Shown: positions 25,791 to 39,815, counted from the stretch's first letter. The stretch is 64,000 bases of DNA from Octopus bimaculoides (GCF_001194135.2 NC_068989.1:93967345-94031344); one strand, 5' to 3'. Notes: generated by a model not told the origin, from the letters alone. A program made the numbers and translations.

Positions 25791-26633
25791 CCTATCGCCT
25801 CTTATAAGCGAGATGTTCGCTCCCTTGTTGTAACGTATCGGACATAGATATATGTTTATTATATAATATCTTATGTAATGGTATGATATGGAAAGTTCAG
25901 TAACTAACACTTGTTAGCATTGCACAGGGGCAAGTGTTGCGATTTATGATAGAAGCCTGTTCACTCCATCTTCTTGTTTCATAAAGTTGTGTGTGTGTGT
26001 GTGTGTGTGTGTGAAAATGAAGTGTGCATGATGAAATAATGTAATATCTGAAATAACAATTTCAGACATACATACAATGAATGACTTCTTCAAATTACCA
26101 AACGCACTGGTTTCCATTCAATAAGCAACTTCCTACGTGTCCTTCGATGCATAATCTGCTCCTCGGATTCAGCGATGAGTCGGTGCACGCGTGCGCATTA
26201 CTCGCAGAGCCATACATAACTTGACATAGCTTATATAGGAATGATATGTATTTATCTTCGATTTTTACATAGTTAAGAGAATTTTTCATATTATGTACTG
26301 GATGAATCTATGTAAGATTATTTATAAATCACCGCAAGATTGTGTATGAATCTACAGATACCACGCCGCTCTATAATTAGGCATAATTAATGGTTGGCCA
26401 TGAAATTGGGAAAAAAATGTTACACGTGTAAAAAAACTGAGATGTCAGTAGAGATATATTTTCATCAACAAGATTTTTTTTTGTTATGTACGTGTTAATA
26501 AGTTAAATACGTGTTGATAAGTGTAATTGTGTAGATGGATGTTTGATAAGTGAATGATGTTTTCGGATATGTGTTTATGTGTTTCTTCCTCTGGTCTGTG
26601 TGTGTATTTTTGTAACATTGAAAAATGTTTTCC

Positions 26634-26634
<1 letters not shown>

Positions 26635-26668
<34 letters not shown>

Positions 26669-27150
26669 GTCTTTGCACAGCTTCTAACGCTGGAGATGTG
26701 CTACGGTGCTAGTTGTTCACTACCAGTGAACTAAGGTAGCACCCTTTAATTTTCGAGCGCCATCTGGAGTATTCAAGCAGTGCAATATTCTGCCACTGTT
26801 CCACTCTTATTGCGGCCCCTATTTGTTCCATCTACTTCTCAAGATTTTTACTGACTGTTCCCAGGGTTCCGACAATAATCGGTACTACTACAAACTTTTT
26901 CATCGACCACAACTGCTTAACCTCCCAAGCTAACCTGTCATATCACTCGACTTTTCTTTCTCCCTTATCGCATAGCTTTTTGTCAGCCGGGCATGCTATA
27001 TCTATGATCTAGCATAGTTTGTTTTCTTTCTCAATTAAGACTATGTCTCACTTCCTATTCTCTATCTCATGGTCGCATTGAAATCATAAAATCCCACAGG
27101 ACCTTTGCATTATCCTTTTCGATGATGCCTTCAGATTTGAGGTCCCCGCT
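26635..27150 (-). mobile_element. 3' fragment of an R4/Dong-like non-LTR retrotransposon with restriction-like endonuclease
   Basis: KVLWDF..QCDHEIENRK*DIVLIEKENKLC*IIDIACPAD..E..VVPIIVGTLGTVS, ending in an (AAT)n tail at 26635-26668. Confidence 0.88.
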
Positions 27151-28900
27151 CCAATATTTCAGGCCTTGGGCTTCTAGTAGAAGAGATATGTCATTACAGC
27201 TACGTATAAGCGTATCAGTAGGGGTCTCTTGGAGTCATTAGTGTCTTCCTTCTAAATTATTCCTGGAGTTTTATTGTATTCATATTATATTATACAAACA
27301 AAATTTGTAGCCCTTTATAGTAGGCGGACCTGAAGTGCAATTAGAAATTTTGGAAAGTCGTAGCTATTATTACGATAAATATTCACTGGTTACCTTATTC
27401 TTCAATAGCGATGAGTTATTGGTTAATATTCCTATTTTATTTTTAACATTTAATCATCGGTCCAGAAAGTTTTCAGGCAATAAAGTTACGTACGCAATAA
27501 GGTTACGATTTGGTAATGGATTTTATTGGAGTAAACCAAATGAGTGAAGGATTTTTATCCAGAATGGAAATTAGTCGTTGAGTCATCTCGATGCAACGCC
27601 ATTTTTTTTTAACAATTCGAACGGTGATAGTATTCGTATTAATGATTATCTTTGAGCAGGCAAAAGCCATAAAGTTATTCAAGAAGAGAAGAGTCGATTG
27701 AATCATCTCCGGTTCATACTTCATATTTATTTTATGGCCACAAGGAAAAGAAAGGAAAATTCAATCTTGTACATAGCTAAACTAAAAGGACACATTTTTA
27801 CGCGTTTTGTTTCTCACGCGATTAATATTATATAGAATGGGTTCATTTTCTACTATTTACGAAGGTCCATTTGCACAAGAAATGGAGATTAAGCGTGGAA
27901 TATAACGGAAAATATGCCTTCAGAACATTAGTAGCATACACACAGTGAAATGCTTCCAGCTGTCCACTGTAAGGGTACCTCAGATTAAGATTATATAAAG
28001 ATAATCTATTGTTCTTGAACAGATTTCATATTTGCTCGTGTTATCTATTCAAAATATATTGCTGTAATTTAGGGAACGTTATGGCATGAAGTCACTTGCA
28101 TAGAAAGAACTATTTTCCAAAGTTTTTTTAGCAAACTAAGTGAAGTAAATTAGTTTCTGCCAGCAATCGATATGCTGGTGCTGTCTAAAATTTCTTCTAC
28201 CACAACTTTCGTTTTCTAGGAACACATTCTGCATATTTTGTGCGAATGGAAAACATGTACTTGGTAACGACATTTATGTAACCAAGAGCAATATTAACAT
28301 AATCGAAGTGGATTTAATTTAAATGAGATCGAAACTGGTTTCTGGCCTTGTTATTGACATTCTTGTGAAGACATTCTTCTCTTTCAGAAAGCCAAAATGA
28401 AAGCACATCCGGTTTCTGTTACACACCAAAGTGAATGTTACAATATTATTTCAATGAAAGATAACTTCTTTATGGAGACATCGTATTTTTGACTAGAAAA
28501 AAAGAAGTATAAAGGAATTGTAATTATATGTTTCTCATCCAGGATATTATGTGGGTAACTCCAATATACTCTGAGGCACAACCAGCTTGTTTAGAGCTCA
28601 TCACTTGCAATTTCGAAGTGGAAAAATCGAAAACCATTCGAGAAGTTATATAATAGTTAAAGCGGTATCTTCAGTTTATAGATTTGAATTTTCATCGAAA
28701 TGAATGTTGCCACTCATAGAATCGGGCTGCATGAAATATATTACTCTTTCAAAGCAGTGAATTAACATAACGATTAGAGCAGCAGACGAAATACTTTCTG
28801 AGGGCTTCGATGGTGAGCTATCTCGTTCTGAAATGTCTTCAGTCGATTTAATTTTGTTGCAAGGATTCAAGTTTACTTTTCTTGTTTCTGGATTACTTAC

Positions 28901-28990
28901 TCCCGTCTATCGCAGGTCCAAAAACTCAACAAAGGATCATAAAGGTTAACTGTACTTTTTTGACTATGCACGAGAATAATTTTTAATACA
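28901..28990 (-). CDS. Candidate 90-nt symmetric exon (VLKIILVHSQKSTVNLYDPLLSFWTCDRR)
   Basis: Acceptor CTTTGTTGTCCCGCAG, donor GGA|GTAAGT, open in phase 2-2. No homology recognised. Confidence 0.3.
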
Positions 28991-29377
28991 CTGCGGGACA
29001 ACAAAGTCAAAGGCCTGGAAATTGTGTCCTTTCATAGTTCCTTTCGGAGAGTCAAGTACCATGATTTGGATACGTGTCATAGAATGTTTGTATACATTGT
29101 TCCACCAGTCACTGATGGCACTCTATAATTGAAAAGTGCTTCCTTGGCTTGCTGTAGTGAATTGAACATTTTTGTGGCTACAATCAGATGAGGAACCAGA
29201 TATTTGCTAGTGTCATCTGTATTTCATTTCCATAATCGCACGTCAAGATGAATATCACAAAATGGAGGCAATTTAATTAATAACTTGACAACGCAGCGAT
29301 AAACAAATACAATGAAGGTATCGCTGATAAAGTGTACTAAATTTCATTATTCAAAATACTTAAGAACAACAATTATA

Positions 29378-29421
<44 letters not shown>

Positions 29422-30271
29422 TGCGTGTGAGTGTGAAATGGAACATTTTCAATCTAACTCAATTATATCTTGAAGTATTGATTTACTTTCGACTTCAAAT
29501 GCATTTAAATATTGAATAAAATTTATTAGATCAAATTTAGTTCTTATCGAAAACAACAATCGTTCTCTTTCATCTATTACAAACATTCGGTACGCATTAA
29601 TACTTTGAAAATATGTTACGTATCCAAGGGCCGAAACATTAGTCCATACGATGTCAGTATTGAGAATACATCAAAACACTATCTGTATCGTACTATCATA
29701 CTCGAGTACGTGATGGCAATACTAAGAACAAGTATAATAGAAAGAATCACTTTCAACATATCAACTAAATGCATGGATTGGTAATTGATATGATTTCATA
29801 AAGCAAAATAAAATTGGCATGAATGAAGGGAAACAAAAAATAAAAGGAAGGATTGAAGACAGGGCAGATATATTTATTTTTAAAGGGTGACTAATTAATT
29901 TATGTAGGCAACAACGTTGATAGCAATAATTATATTTAAAATACACCCGCTTCAAGAGAAGAGGTATTTTTACATCGCTAATTAGATTTATACGAATAAC
30001 TGGTGAAATTTAATTACTCTTCTTCATTATGGAATTATTTGAGAAATAACATCACGATCAATAAAGAAGTTTAAAGAATAGGGACAATGTGCTGAACATA
30101 AAAATTGCAAGTGGTTTATACCGATATACGTAGAAACAAGCCCGTGCGCGCACACACACACACACCCACACACAAATATGAATTTATAAACGTTTATATA
30201 ACTGCATGTACTAGTGTTATATACGTTAATATGTAGGAATATATATATATATATATATATTATTTAAAATA

Positions 30272-30551
30272 CAGAGATGCCTGTAATAGGACATCTAACC
30301 CGCTAGAAATAGCAGCAAGACTACATACCACAAAAAGTAGGGATAATTTCGAAAGGGGATGAAAAATAAAAACATTTACCAATCTATATTCTGTACCATG
30401 ATTTCAAATCAATTTTAGTAAAATAAAAGTTTTATAACTTTTATCTTACTAAAATTAACTTCATCCCCTTTCGAAATTATCCCTACTTTTTGTGGTATGT
30501 AGTCTTGCTGCTATTTCTAGCGGGTTAGATGTCCTATTAGAGGCATCTCTG
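30272..30551. mobile_element. Foldback MITE with 92-bp TIRs and TA flanks
   Basis: 30272-30363 matches the reverse complement of 30460-30551 at 91 of 92 positions. A second 21-bp-stem hairpin lies at 30411-30456. Confidence 0.9.
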
Positions 30552-30651
30552 TATATTAAATGAATAATACATAGTCTATTGACTGTTTTTTACCCTTGCT
30601 AGGCCACTGGTGGTAAATTTCAAAAATTTTTTTACTACCCTGTATTTTATT

Positions 30652-30698
<47 letters not shown>

Positions 30699-30918
30699 TA
30701 CACCACACAACACACACGCACATATGTAGGTGGGGTGAGTATGTGCGTATATATATATATAGATATGTGTGTATGTATATATAAATGTATATATACGTGT
30801 ATATATATGTATGCATATATATATAGATACCAGATACACATATATACATATATGTATATATGAGTATGTATATGCATGTACATATGTGTGTATGTATATG
30901 TCTATGTATGTATATGTA

Positions 30919-30966
<48 letters not shown>

Positions 30967-31223
30967 CGTGCGTGTGTGTGTATCTGAATATGTGTAACTA
31001 TGTGTGTGAATATGGATGTATTTAATGCAGAAAAAATTCAGTTAACATATAAGCCAATCACTAGTTTACGTGTGAATATACAGTTTTAGATGAAGCTTCA
31101 CAAAAAGTAAAATAGAGTGATAAAGCACTCCGACTTTACCACATACATACATATACAATTTCTTTCCTCTCTATCTTACATCCATCTCTCTGCTTCTTAA
31201 GCCATTAATACGTCTATATATAA

Positions 31224-31390
31224 AGCGGTGAGCTGACAGAAACGTTAGCACGCCCGCCGAAATGCTTAGCGATATTTCGTCCGTTGCCACGTTCTGAGTT
31301 CAAATTCCGCCGAGGCCGACTTTGTATTTTATCGATGAAATAAGTTCCAGTTGTGCACTGGGGTCGATATAATCGACTATACCCCTTCCC
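31224..31390 (+). mobile_element. tRNA-derived SINE, family A
   Basis: GCGGTGAGCTGACAGAAACGTTAGCAC head and GAGTTCAAATTCCGCCGAGG. Confidence 0.85.
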
Positions 31391-31491
31391 CATATATATC
31401 TTCCAGAAAGTAACACACTTATAAATGAACACTAATGTTCAAAGAGTTTTAAAGTTGGCTGCATAGCTATGAACAATTTATACATTTGATC

Positions 31492-31812
31492 GTGGCATTC
31501 CGTCGGTTGCGGCGACAAGGGTTCCAGCTGATCCGATCAACAGAACAGTCGTGAAATTAACGTGCAAGTGGCTGAGCACTCCACAGACACGTGTACCCTT
31601 AATTTAATTCTCAGGGAGAGTGTGACTAGGCTGACTCTTTGAAATAGAGGTACAGCAGAAACAGGTGGTGAAAGAGTACAGCAGGGTTCGCCTACACCCC
31701 TGCTGGAGCCTCGCGAAGCTTTGGGTGTTTTCGCTCAATAGACACACATAATGTCCGGTCTGAGAATCGAAACCGCGAGTCCGCTGCCCTAACCACTGGG
31801 CCATTACGCCTC
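31492..31812 (-). mobile_element. tRNA-derived SINE, long family
   Basis: Reverse complement closely matches 61841-62192, with head GGCGTAATGGCCCAGTGGTTAGGGCAGCGGACTCGCG. Confidence 0.88.
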
Positions 31813-33163
31813 TACATACATTGGAGAGGTAAACGATTAGATAGATATGAAAGTTATATTGCCAGTTAGATAGACAGGTTCGAAAGAAGGGCAAGTTAAA
31901 TACACAAAAATTTACATATAAATAAGTTTATATGTAAATAGATAGTTTGATGTCCCTAGCTATCTCTCATTTAGCATGCCTATAAATGTATTAATTTATC
32001 AGTCAATCTTTCTGTTTAAAGGATTCACTAATCTAGATCAACGTAGTACTTGTTTCATATTTCTTGTCTTCATTTTGGTTAAGTCATACTATATCTGTCT
32101 TTCTGAGAAACATACGTGTGATCGCACAAAAGGATAGAAATGCAGATAATCAATTCTTTGGACACTTAACCTTTCCACGAACTTCCCTCTTCAACCGTAA
32201 CATTGAGAATATTTTCGTAGTATTTTTATGTAAGTATAGCATAAATTCAGGTGACTGCGTGGGGAAGTATACACACGACTCTGTGTTAAATGTGATTTTG
32301 AGTTAGAAAAGGATCAGTTTGTAAACAATTATATGCCTGCATGTAAAATGTATATAAAAGAAAAAAAGTATAATATGCAGAAAGTTTACTTTGTATTGGT
32401 GTAAAAACAGAAGACAATTATGTTGAATAAAACAATATAATGACCATAATTTTCACTCAGAAACGGTTTATATGTGTGTCAACTAAGCGTTCCTGAATTA
32501 TTGCATATATGTATTACGTATAATTATACCGAGATATTTTTTATATGTTATTTATATATGCTTTTTTGCAGTTTATTTCAAACGACAGACCATTATTGCC
32601 ATCCTCGGTAGTATTGTATGAAGGCTTGTAAAATACACATGGTTATTGCACAAATATCTTGAAGTGAAAAGAATATATTTCTGCGTTCAAGCGCACTAAC
32701 AACGTCTCAAGAATAAACAAAAGAAATAGTGCTGCACATGATTACCGGTGACTAAAAAGTTTAAGAAATTTGTAATAAGTAAAACAAAGATCTGTGAATT
32801 CTATATCATTTTCCTGAAAATTATTAAATTTCAAATCACACTAGATATGAAATTATTTCTTCCTCATAGTAACTGTTAACGAGGCGATGACATGCGTTGG
32901 AAAAACTTTATTTATTCTTCCAAATTTATGTTCTTAGCAATAGACAGGCATTTTTCTCTTCCTCGGCTTCTGAGATCAGCAAATATTCCATGATTTTATT
33001 TTAAGTGTTATAGAATCAGTCACCAAGTATAATATACGAATATCTTTATGCCTGATATAATTGGATCCTGTCCTGTCTGATCCCACTTGGTATGTTTGTG
33101 TCGCTCTGTCTTTTCTAATATATTGTTCATCTTTAATAAAATTATTTGTCTAATCTTGTGACA

Positions 33164-33209
<46 letters not shown>

Positions 33210-34060
33210 TTAAATCATATTCAGAGACTGCTAGCTTTATTACCATATCTGTGCACGTGTATGTGTACATATATATCTTTCTGTACTACATTTTAATTTA
33301 TACTTTACGTTTAAGAAGAAATTCAGATTTTCATATTGTAAATTTATGCTTAAGCTAAGATATATATTGAAATTTTAAAATATTCTTTCATTATTCATTT
33401 TCAACCAGAGTGTAATTTGCATTATCCTCTATGAGACTATTATTTTACCAATGAAGACACGCACTAAAAACTATAATTCCATCATTAAATTTGTGCGTCG
33501 TAACAGATGCATCTCATCTCTTACTCTAACAATTCCATAATTCAGCTCCGGACTGTCAAAGATCTTAAGTAAAATCGCAGAGAACCAAAGCCGTTATTCT
33601 CATAGATTTCTCCCCGGTCGTCTCATGATTCTGTTATAAGTTCTTGTGTGTTGAGTGTGTGTTTGTGAGTCTATTATTACACTAATGCCCTCTCTGCATT
33701 TCCGAGCTCAATAATATAAGTAGCACTCAAACCAATGTCGTAATGATGTGGTATAATGGTTAGGCTGCTGCACTCACCAATAATTATCATTGAGATTCGT
33801 GGACCGGAATTAATAGATATAAAGATAGATAGATAGATATTCACACACACGCACACATACATATATATATATATATAAAGGAAAACAAGACGGTATAAAA
33901 TAATTTTATCATGAAGAACATGTTCGTACTGGTTTCAGTCTTTGTGACTTTGTCAACTTAGAGTAAAGCATGAAAAAAATTAAATTATGGAAAAATTAAA
34001 TGAAACGTCTTTTTAGAATATTTCCATAGTTTTCAAATACAAGGGACATTTTTCAAGTAT

Positions 34061-34108
<48 letters not shown>

Positions 34109-34844
34109 AATTTTGTGAAGGCTTCGTAGAAGGTAGTCACAATCCTAAAACAATATTTGGTCTTGATAGTTTAAGCAGCAGTAGTAGCCGAGGAGAGAAT
34201 GAATAATAAAAACACGGGAGTGGTATGACACTAGTAGGATGTTGGTGGAATTCTCTTAAATGGTCAAGTGACCTAAAAGTTACCGGTTGTGTTTGTAATA
34301 GTAGTGAGTGGAATTGTTCTGAATAAATTCATGGATAGTGAGTATCCTGAATATATCCGTTTTAATAATTGCGTGGGTATTATTCTAAATGTCTTGTAGT
34401 AGTGTCATTTGTGGTGGACGCATTCAAAAGGGGTTTATATTTAGTATCTCTGTGTTTGCGTATATGGTCTAAAATGATTGAGGTGATTGGTACGATAGCT
34501 GTGATGTAGTTGTTCCCTGTTGTTGTGGAGTGCCTTGTTGCTGTGATTTATGGTGCGGGTTCTTGAAAGGTTATTGAAAAGTGTGTCCCTACATCCCATC
34601 TTCCGATGTGGTGCTTTAGGGGACCGTCGCTGGTAATTATTACGCGTTGTTACAATCAGGCAAATTCTTAGGTATAAAATGGTTGAACGTCTGAACGCAA
34701 CAACGTAATTGTAAAATCAGTGAATTAACATTCAAGGATGAAATTATGTAACAAAATTGTATTTTATAGATGTCAATTAAAGGATATTTTAGCGATCCAT
34801 TTGCAGCTGCATGTTATTGTCCTCAGCCCACCTATTTAATGCGT

Positions 34845-35030
34845 CCAACTCCCGTTGCAGATGCACAACATATACAGTGTTCTGTATCTCCTGCATAGCT
34901 AGCAAGAGTGGCAACCCGAGCAGCTGGGACCATGCCTGAGAGGCCTACTATGAATAGTAGCGACCGTAATACAGTGTCCTGTGGAACACTAGTCATTATT
35001 TGTGTCTCCTTGCACAATGCATCCAATGGT
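34845..35030 (-). mobile_element. CR1/L2-type LINE reverse transcriptase fragment
   Basis: SVPQDTVLRSLLF..ATLASYAGDT is a decayed GVPQGTVLGPLLF / YADD motif. Confidence 0.75.
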
Positions 35031-35125
35031 TTCAAATTAAATTGCTTGTCTGTTAAGCCATGAAGACTATTTACACCTCCATAAGTAGTGGAACACTCAT
35101 TTACACCATTGTTCTATATTTATGC

Positions 35126-35165
<40 letters not shown>

Positions 35166-36308
35166 NNNNNNNNNNNNNNNNNNNNNNNNNNNNNNNNNNN
35201 NNNNNNNNNNNNNNNNNNNNNNNNNNNNNNNNNNNNNNNNNNNNNNNNNNNNNNNNNNNNNNNNNNNNNNNNNNNNNNNNNNNNNNNNNNNNNNNNNNNN
35301 NNNNNNNNNNNNNNNNNNNNNNNNNNNNNNNNNNNNNNNNNNNNNNNNNNNNNNNNNNNNNNNNNNNNNNNNNNNNNNNNNNNNNNNNNNNNNNNNNNNN
35401 NNNNNNNNNNNNNNNNNNNNNNNNNNNNNNNNNNNNNNNNNNNNNNNNNNNNNNNNNNNNNNNNNNNNNNNNNNNNNNNNNNNNNNNNNNNNNNNNNNNN
35501 NNNNNNNNNNNNNNNNNNNNNNNNNNNNNNNNNNNNNNNNNNNNNNNNNNNNNNNNNNNNNNNNNNNNNNNNNNNNNNNNNNNNNNNNNNNNNNNNNNNN
35601 NNNNNNNNNNNATATATATATATATATATATATATATACCTATAAATGTGTGTTCGGTTTTGTTGTTATTTCCCTTAAAATTCTTTTTGGATACTTCCCA
35701 AAAGAGAAAATATGTGAACCATTCTTTCATTTAAGAGACATTTATATATTTTTTCTCTTTATTACTCCGTTACATATCGTTTTCCTATAAATATATTTCC
35801 TGTAAATACGTCTTATAATTGCACGCCTTTCTTTTCATCCTCAAATACCAACTTCCGGTTTAAAACTGGGTATCACATTTCTTGATTGTATTTATAGAAC
35901 TCGGTAATTAGCCTTTCAAATTATCACTTTTATTACTGACATTGTCACTCCGTGAAGGCCATTAACACATATAAATACAGAAAAAAAGCAAAACTCACTA
36001 CTGCAAATATCCTTTGCCAGCCCCTCGACAAACAATAGAAATAACAACAAAACGACAACCACCAGCACCAACATCATTGCCACCTTACAAATGCACACAC
36101 ACTTGACGACAAAAATACTCATTTATATCTAAAAATATTAATTTAAAATTGACGCAACGCCAATTTGCGTACGTGAGATGCATTGTCGATAAAATTGATC
36201 AAGTTTATTAATCACCACATCTTTCTATTGGTTCTAGATGCAAAACCATGGAAACAATATATAAAAGTATAAACTCTCTCTCTTTCTCTCTCTCTCTCNN
36301 NNNNNNNN

Positions 36309-36344
<36 letters not shown>

Positions 36345-36544
36345 ATGAGTGTAGGTAGGTGCGTGCATAAACGCATTAATATGTATGGATACACACACAC
36401 ACACCCATATATGTGTGTGTTTATGTAAGTCCGTGTAAGTACGTATATATATTTATATAGTATGTACTTAAATTGTATGAATACACATCTATATACGTAT
36501 ACATGTATCTTTACATATTCATATATATCCATATATGTATAAGC

Positions 36545-36585
<41 letters not shown>

Positions 36586-38529
36586 TCGTGTATATATACA
36601 TATGTATAATATATATCTATATTTATAGGTATATATATATATATATATATANNNNNNNNNNNNNNNNNNNNNNNNNNNNNNNNNNNNNNNNNNNNNNNNN
36701 NNNNNNNNNNNNNNNNNNNNNNNNNNNNNNNNNNNNNNNNNNNNNNNNNNNNNNNNNNNNNNNNNNNNNNNNNNNNNNNNNNNNNNNNNNNNNNNNNNNN
36801 NNNNNNNNNNNNNNNNNNNNNNNNNNNNNNNNNNNNNNNNNNNNNNNNNNNNNNNNNNNNNNNNNNNNNNNNNNNNNNNNNNNNNNNNNNNNNNNNNNNN
36901 NNNNNNNNNNNNNNNNNNNNNNNNNNNNNNNNNNNNNNNNNNNNNNNNNNNNNNNNNNNNNNNNNNNNNNNNNNNNNNNNNNNNNNNNNNNNNNNNNNNN
37001 NNNNNNNNNNNNNNNNNNNNNNNNNNNNNNNNNNNNNNNNNNNNNNNNNNNNNNNNNNNNNNNNNNNNNNNNNNNNNNNNNNNNNNNNNNNNNNNNNNNN
37101 NNNNNNNNNNNNNNNNNNNNNNNNNNNNNNNNNNNNNNNNNNNNNNNNNNNNNNNNNNNNNNNNNNNNNNNNNNNNNNNNNNNNNNNNNNNNNNNNNNNN
37201 NNNNNNNNNNNNNNNNNNNNNNNNNNNNNNNNNNNNNNNNNNNNNNNNNNNNNNNNNNNNNNNNNNNNNNNNNNNNNNNNNNNNNNNNNNNNNNNNNNNN
37301 NNNNNNNNNNNNNNNNNNNNNNNNNNNNNNNNNNNNNNNNNNNNNNNNNNNNNNNNNNNNNNNNNNNNNNNNNNNNNNNNNNNNNNNNNNNNNNNNNNNN
37401 NNNNNNNNATATCGAACAATGAAAATTAGTGCTCTACGACGGATTGGTGAATATAATTTATTTATTTGTGAATTTAGGCTACCGTCGGTTTCATGCTAAG
37501 AAAAGCCAATCACATGGAGAAAAGTGTTCGCTTCCATTTCGGGAAATACAGCCTTGTGTAGTTCGTGACATTCTCTTGAATTTACGAAAATAAAACAATG
37601 AAGCAAAGAATCAAGGGACGTTATTTCTCTGTGACACCTTTTGGATGTTTGTCACCATTTGACTTTTCCTTTGGGCAAATTGTTATGTGGTCAATTTGTT
37701 TGCATTCTTTTGTTTTTGTTCTGTGTCGTGTGTTCTTATACTTGTGTGCTGAGGTAGTTCGTCATTGGGCCATATTTCTCTTGCGGTTTGAGTTTATGTG
37801 CAATGGGTGTTCACATTTCTAGTTTAGGAAAGAGGCTATCCTGATGGGATTACTGTCTCTTCTTTGAAATATTTGAGAGTAAAATATTGTTTGTGTATGC
37901 AGGGAGAAAAGGTTTCATCCCTAATTTCAAGAGGTTATCCGTTGATTGTATAGTGTTTAATTTTTCAGTAATAAAGAGTTAACATCAGGTAATCCGTCTT
38001 CTATATTTTTTGACTTTAACAATAATTTCCCATTCTATCAGGGGTTTATGATCCTACCTTCTTTCATTGTTTATATCATATTTGACATCGGATGCTGCTT
38101 GTTTTTTTTAAATTTTTGTCTCTGAATGTCGCCAGATGTTGCGTATCCTTTTCCCTCCGATATATGTGTAGCTTTTCATTGGCATTCGATATAATTTTCC
38201 ATGCTTTGTGTAAATGATTCTTAGAAGACAGATTTTCACTATTTTCTGATAAATGAGGGATTGCATGTAAATGTTAATTCATAAGTATGAACTTTCGATC
38301 TTTTAGAGTCGACCAGGTGTAGTGCGTGGTGTATCTGTGCCTTAACGCATACATATATATATATATATATCTATATATATATGATGTACCTATATGCGTA
38401 TAGATATACAAACATGTATGTGCGTTTATTCTCATATACGCTCTAGGACAGGCAAGACCGGTTACTCAATTTCCATGATGTATAAGTAAACGAGATCACA
38501 TCAATGACCCCGAACGAGATGCCGGTTCA

Positions 38530-38740
38530 TTATTGAGTTCATGTCAGTTATTGTTTGAGAGAAACGGGCCACGTGGATTTCAACGAACCCGTAATTGAGT
38601 TGGACTTCATCAACTCCGAAGTGAAGATGGCTGATTTGACCTCGGTGAGATTTGAACTCAGATTTAAAAATCTGGCAGAAATGCTGAGAAACACATTGTC
38701 CGATGCGCCAACGATTCTGTCAGCTCACCGCCTTACATAT
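38530..38740 (-). mobile_element. tRNA-derived SINE, family A
   Basis: Reverse complement GGCGGTGAGCTGACAGAATCGTTGG...GAGTTCAAATCTCACCGAGGTC. This explains the ORF at 38555-38743. Confidence 0.8.
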
Positions 38741-39147
38741 TAGCTTGATATAAAAGTCATTAACAACAATAGAGATATCAGACAAAGTTATTTATCACAG
38801 CTATTGCTAATTGACACTTTTATTTCTTATGTGAATATAAATATTTCTGGAATTAGACATGTGAATTTCAGAATGTATGTATAATAATAATAATATTCTG
38901 TTCTATAATTATATGGAAATATTCACTTACATTAAGATCTTGGCATTATATCAATGGGTGGATTATTCACAAGTGCCATCGTGGACAATATGAATAATGC
39001 TAAAACTTCTCAGGAAATATCAAAATATATATAGAATGGTAAAATAGTCAATGTCTAGATTGACCTCTAGATCGTTATGGAATGTATGTAGGGAATATTA
39101 CTTTGAATAGCGAATGATATATTTGAGTAACTCTGACGTAACATAAG

Positions 39148-39360
39148 AAGGGTTGGTATATGTATCAAAACTAGACACAATGCTTAGTGCTACTACCTCC
39201 GCTTATTTACTTTCTGAGTTCAAATGCTGACGAGATCGACTTTGCATTTCATCCTTTCAGCATCGATAGAATATGAATCAGTAGATCGTGGAGTCGATGC
39301 AATCGATGTACACCGCTCATCAATTTTGACAGTCTTGTATCGAAATTTGAAATAATCATT
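39148..39360 (+). mobile_element. Diverged SINE, family A
   Basis: AATGCTTAG..TTCTGAGTTCAAATG..TCGACTTTGCATTTCATCCTTTC. Confidence 0.65.
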
Positions 39361-39395
39361 GATACGTTTAGTAATATGTATACATACCTATATAA

Positions 39396-39427
<32 letters not shown>

Positions 39428-39490
39428 ATACATATACACATACAGGCATGCACATATATATATGTGTGTGTGTATCTCTAATTTTCTCTT

Positions 39491-39539
<49 letters not shown>

Positions 39540-39543
39540 ATAA

Positions 39544-39725
39544 AGTTGTAAATCGTAAAACGTAACTGTCTTGACTATTACATGAACCGGAAAATTGCAT
39601 AGTTCAATGCATGAAAGTACGAGTTCAATCAGAATGGAAATTTAATATTCTATCATTTCATTATATTATCTTATATTATTACAAGGTTGTAAATAAAACG
39701 TGAAAATCTGTTGGAATTTCTCTGA
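39544..39725 (+). repeat. Dispersed repeat, direct copy of 44366-44552 (probable PLE 3' UTR / pseudo-LTR)
   Basis: Collinear similarity over about 180 bp with a 37-bp identical core (39640-39676 = 44462-44498). Confidence 0.8.
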
Positions 39726-39782
39726 GTAATATATTCTTCTATGCTTAATCATACACACTCCTGTATCTGTGTCCGTGAAGCC

Positions 39783-39815
<33 letters not shown>

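Noticed and set aside
29619-29650. CGTAT..GGCC-GAAAC-ATTA-GTC-CATACG, resembling the 3' half of a hammerhead
   Set aside because: The CUGANGA core is absent, so it would require an unsupported deletion.
32572-32607. 36-nt plus-strand micro-exon candidate (YFKRQTIIAIL)
   Set aside because: The donor GTAGTA is weak and there is no partner exon or homology.
37465-37520. Minus-strand GAAACCGACGGTA stem III-like motif; 37430-38350 may be a decayed retroelement
   Set aside because: There is no core upstream and no convincing protein motif.
39225-39245. CTGACGAG inside a SINE
   Set aside because: It is a mutated CCGCCGAGG of SINE family A, with no GAAA or stems.
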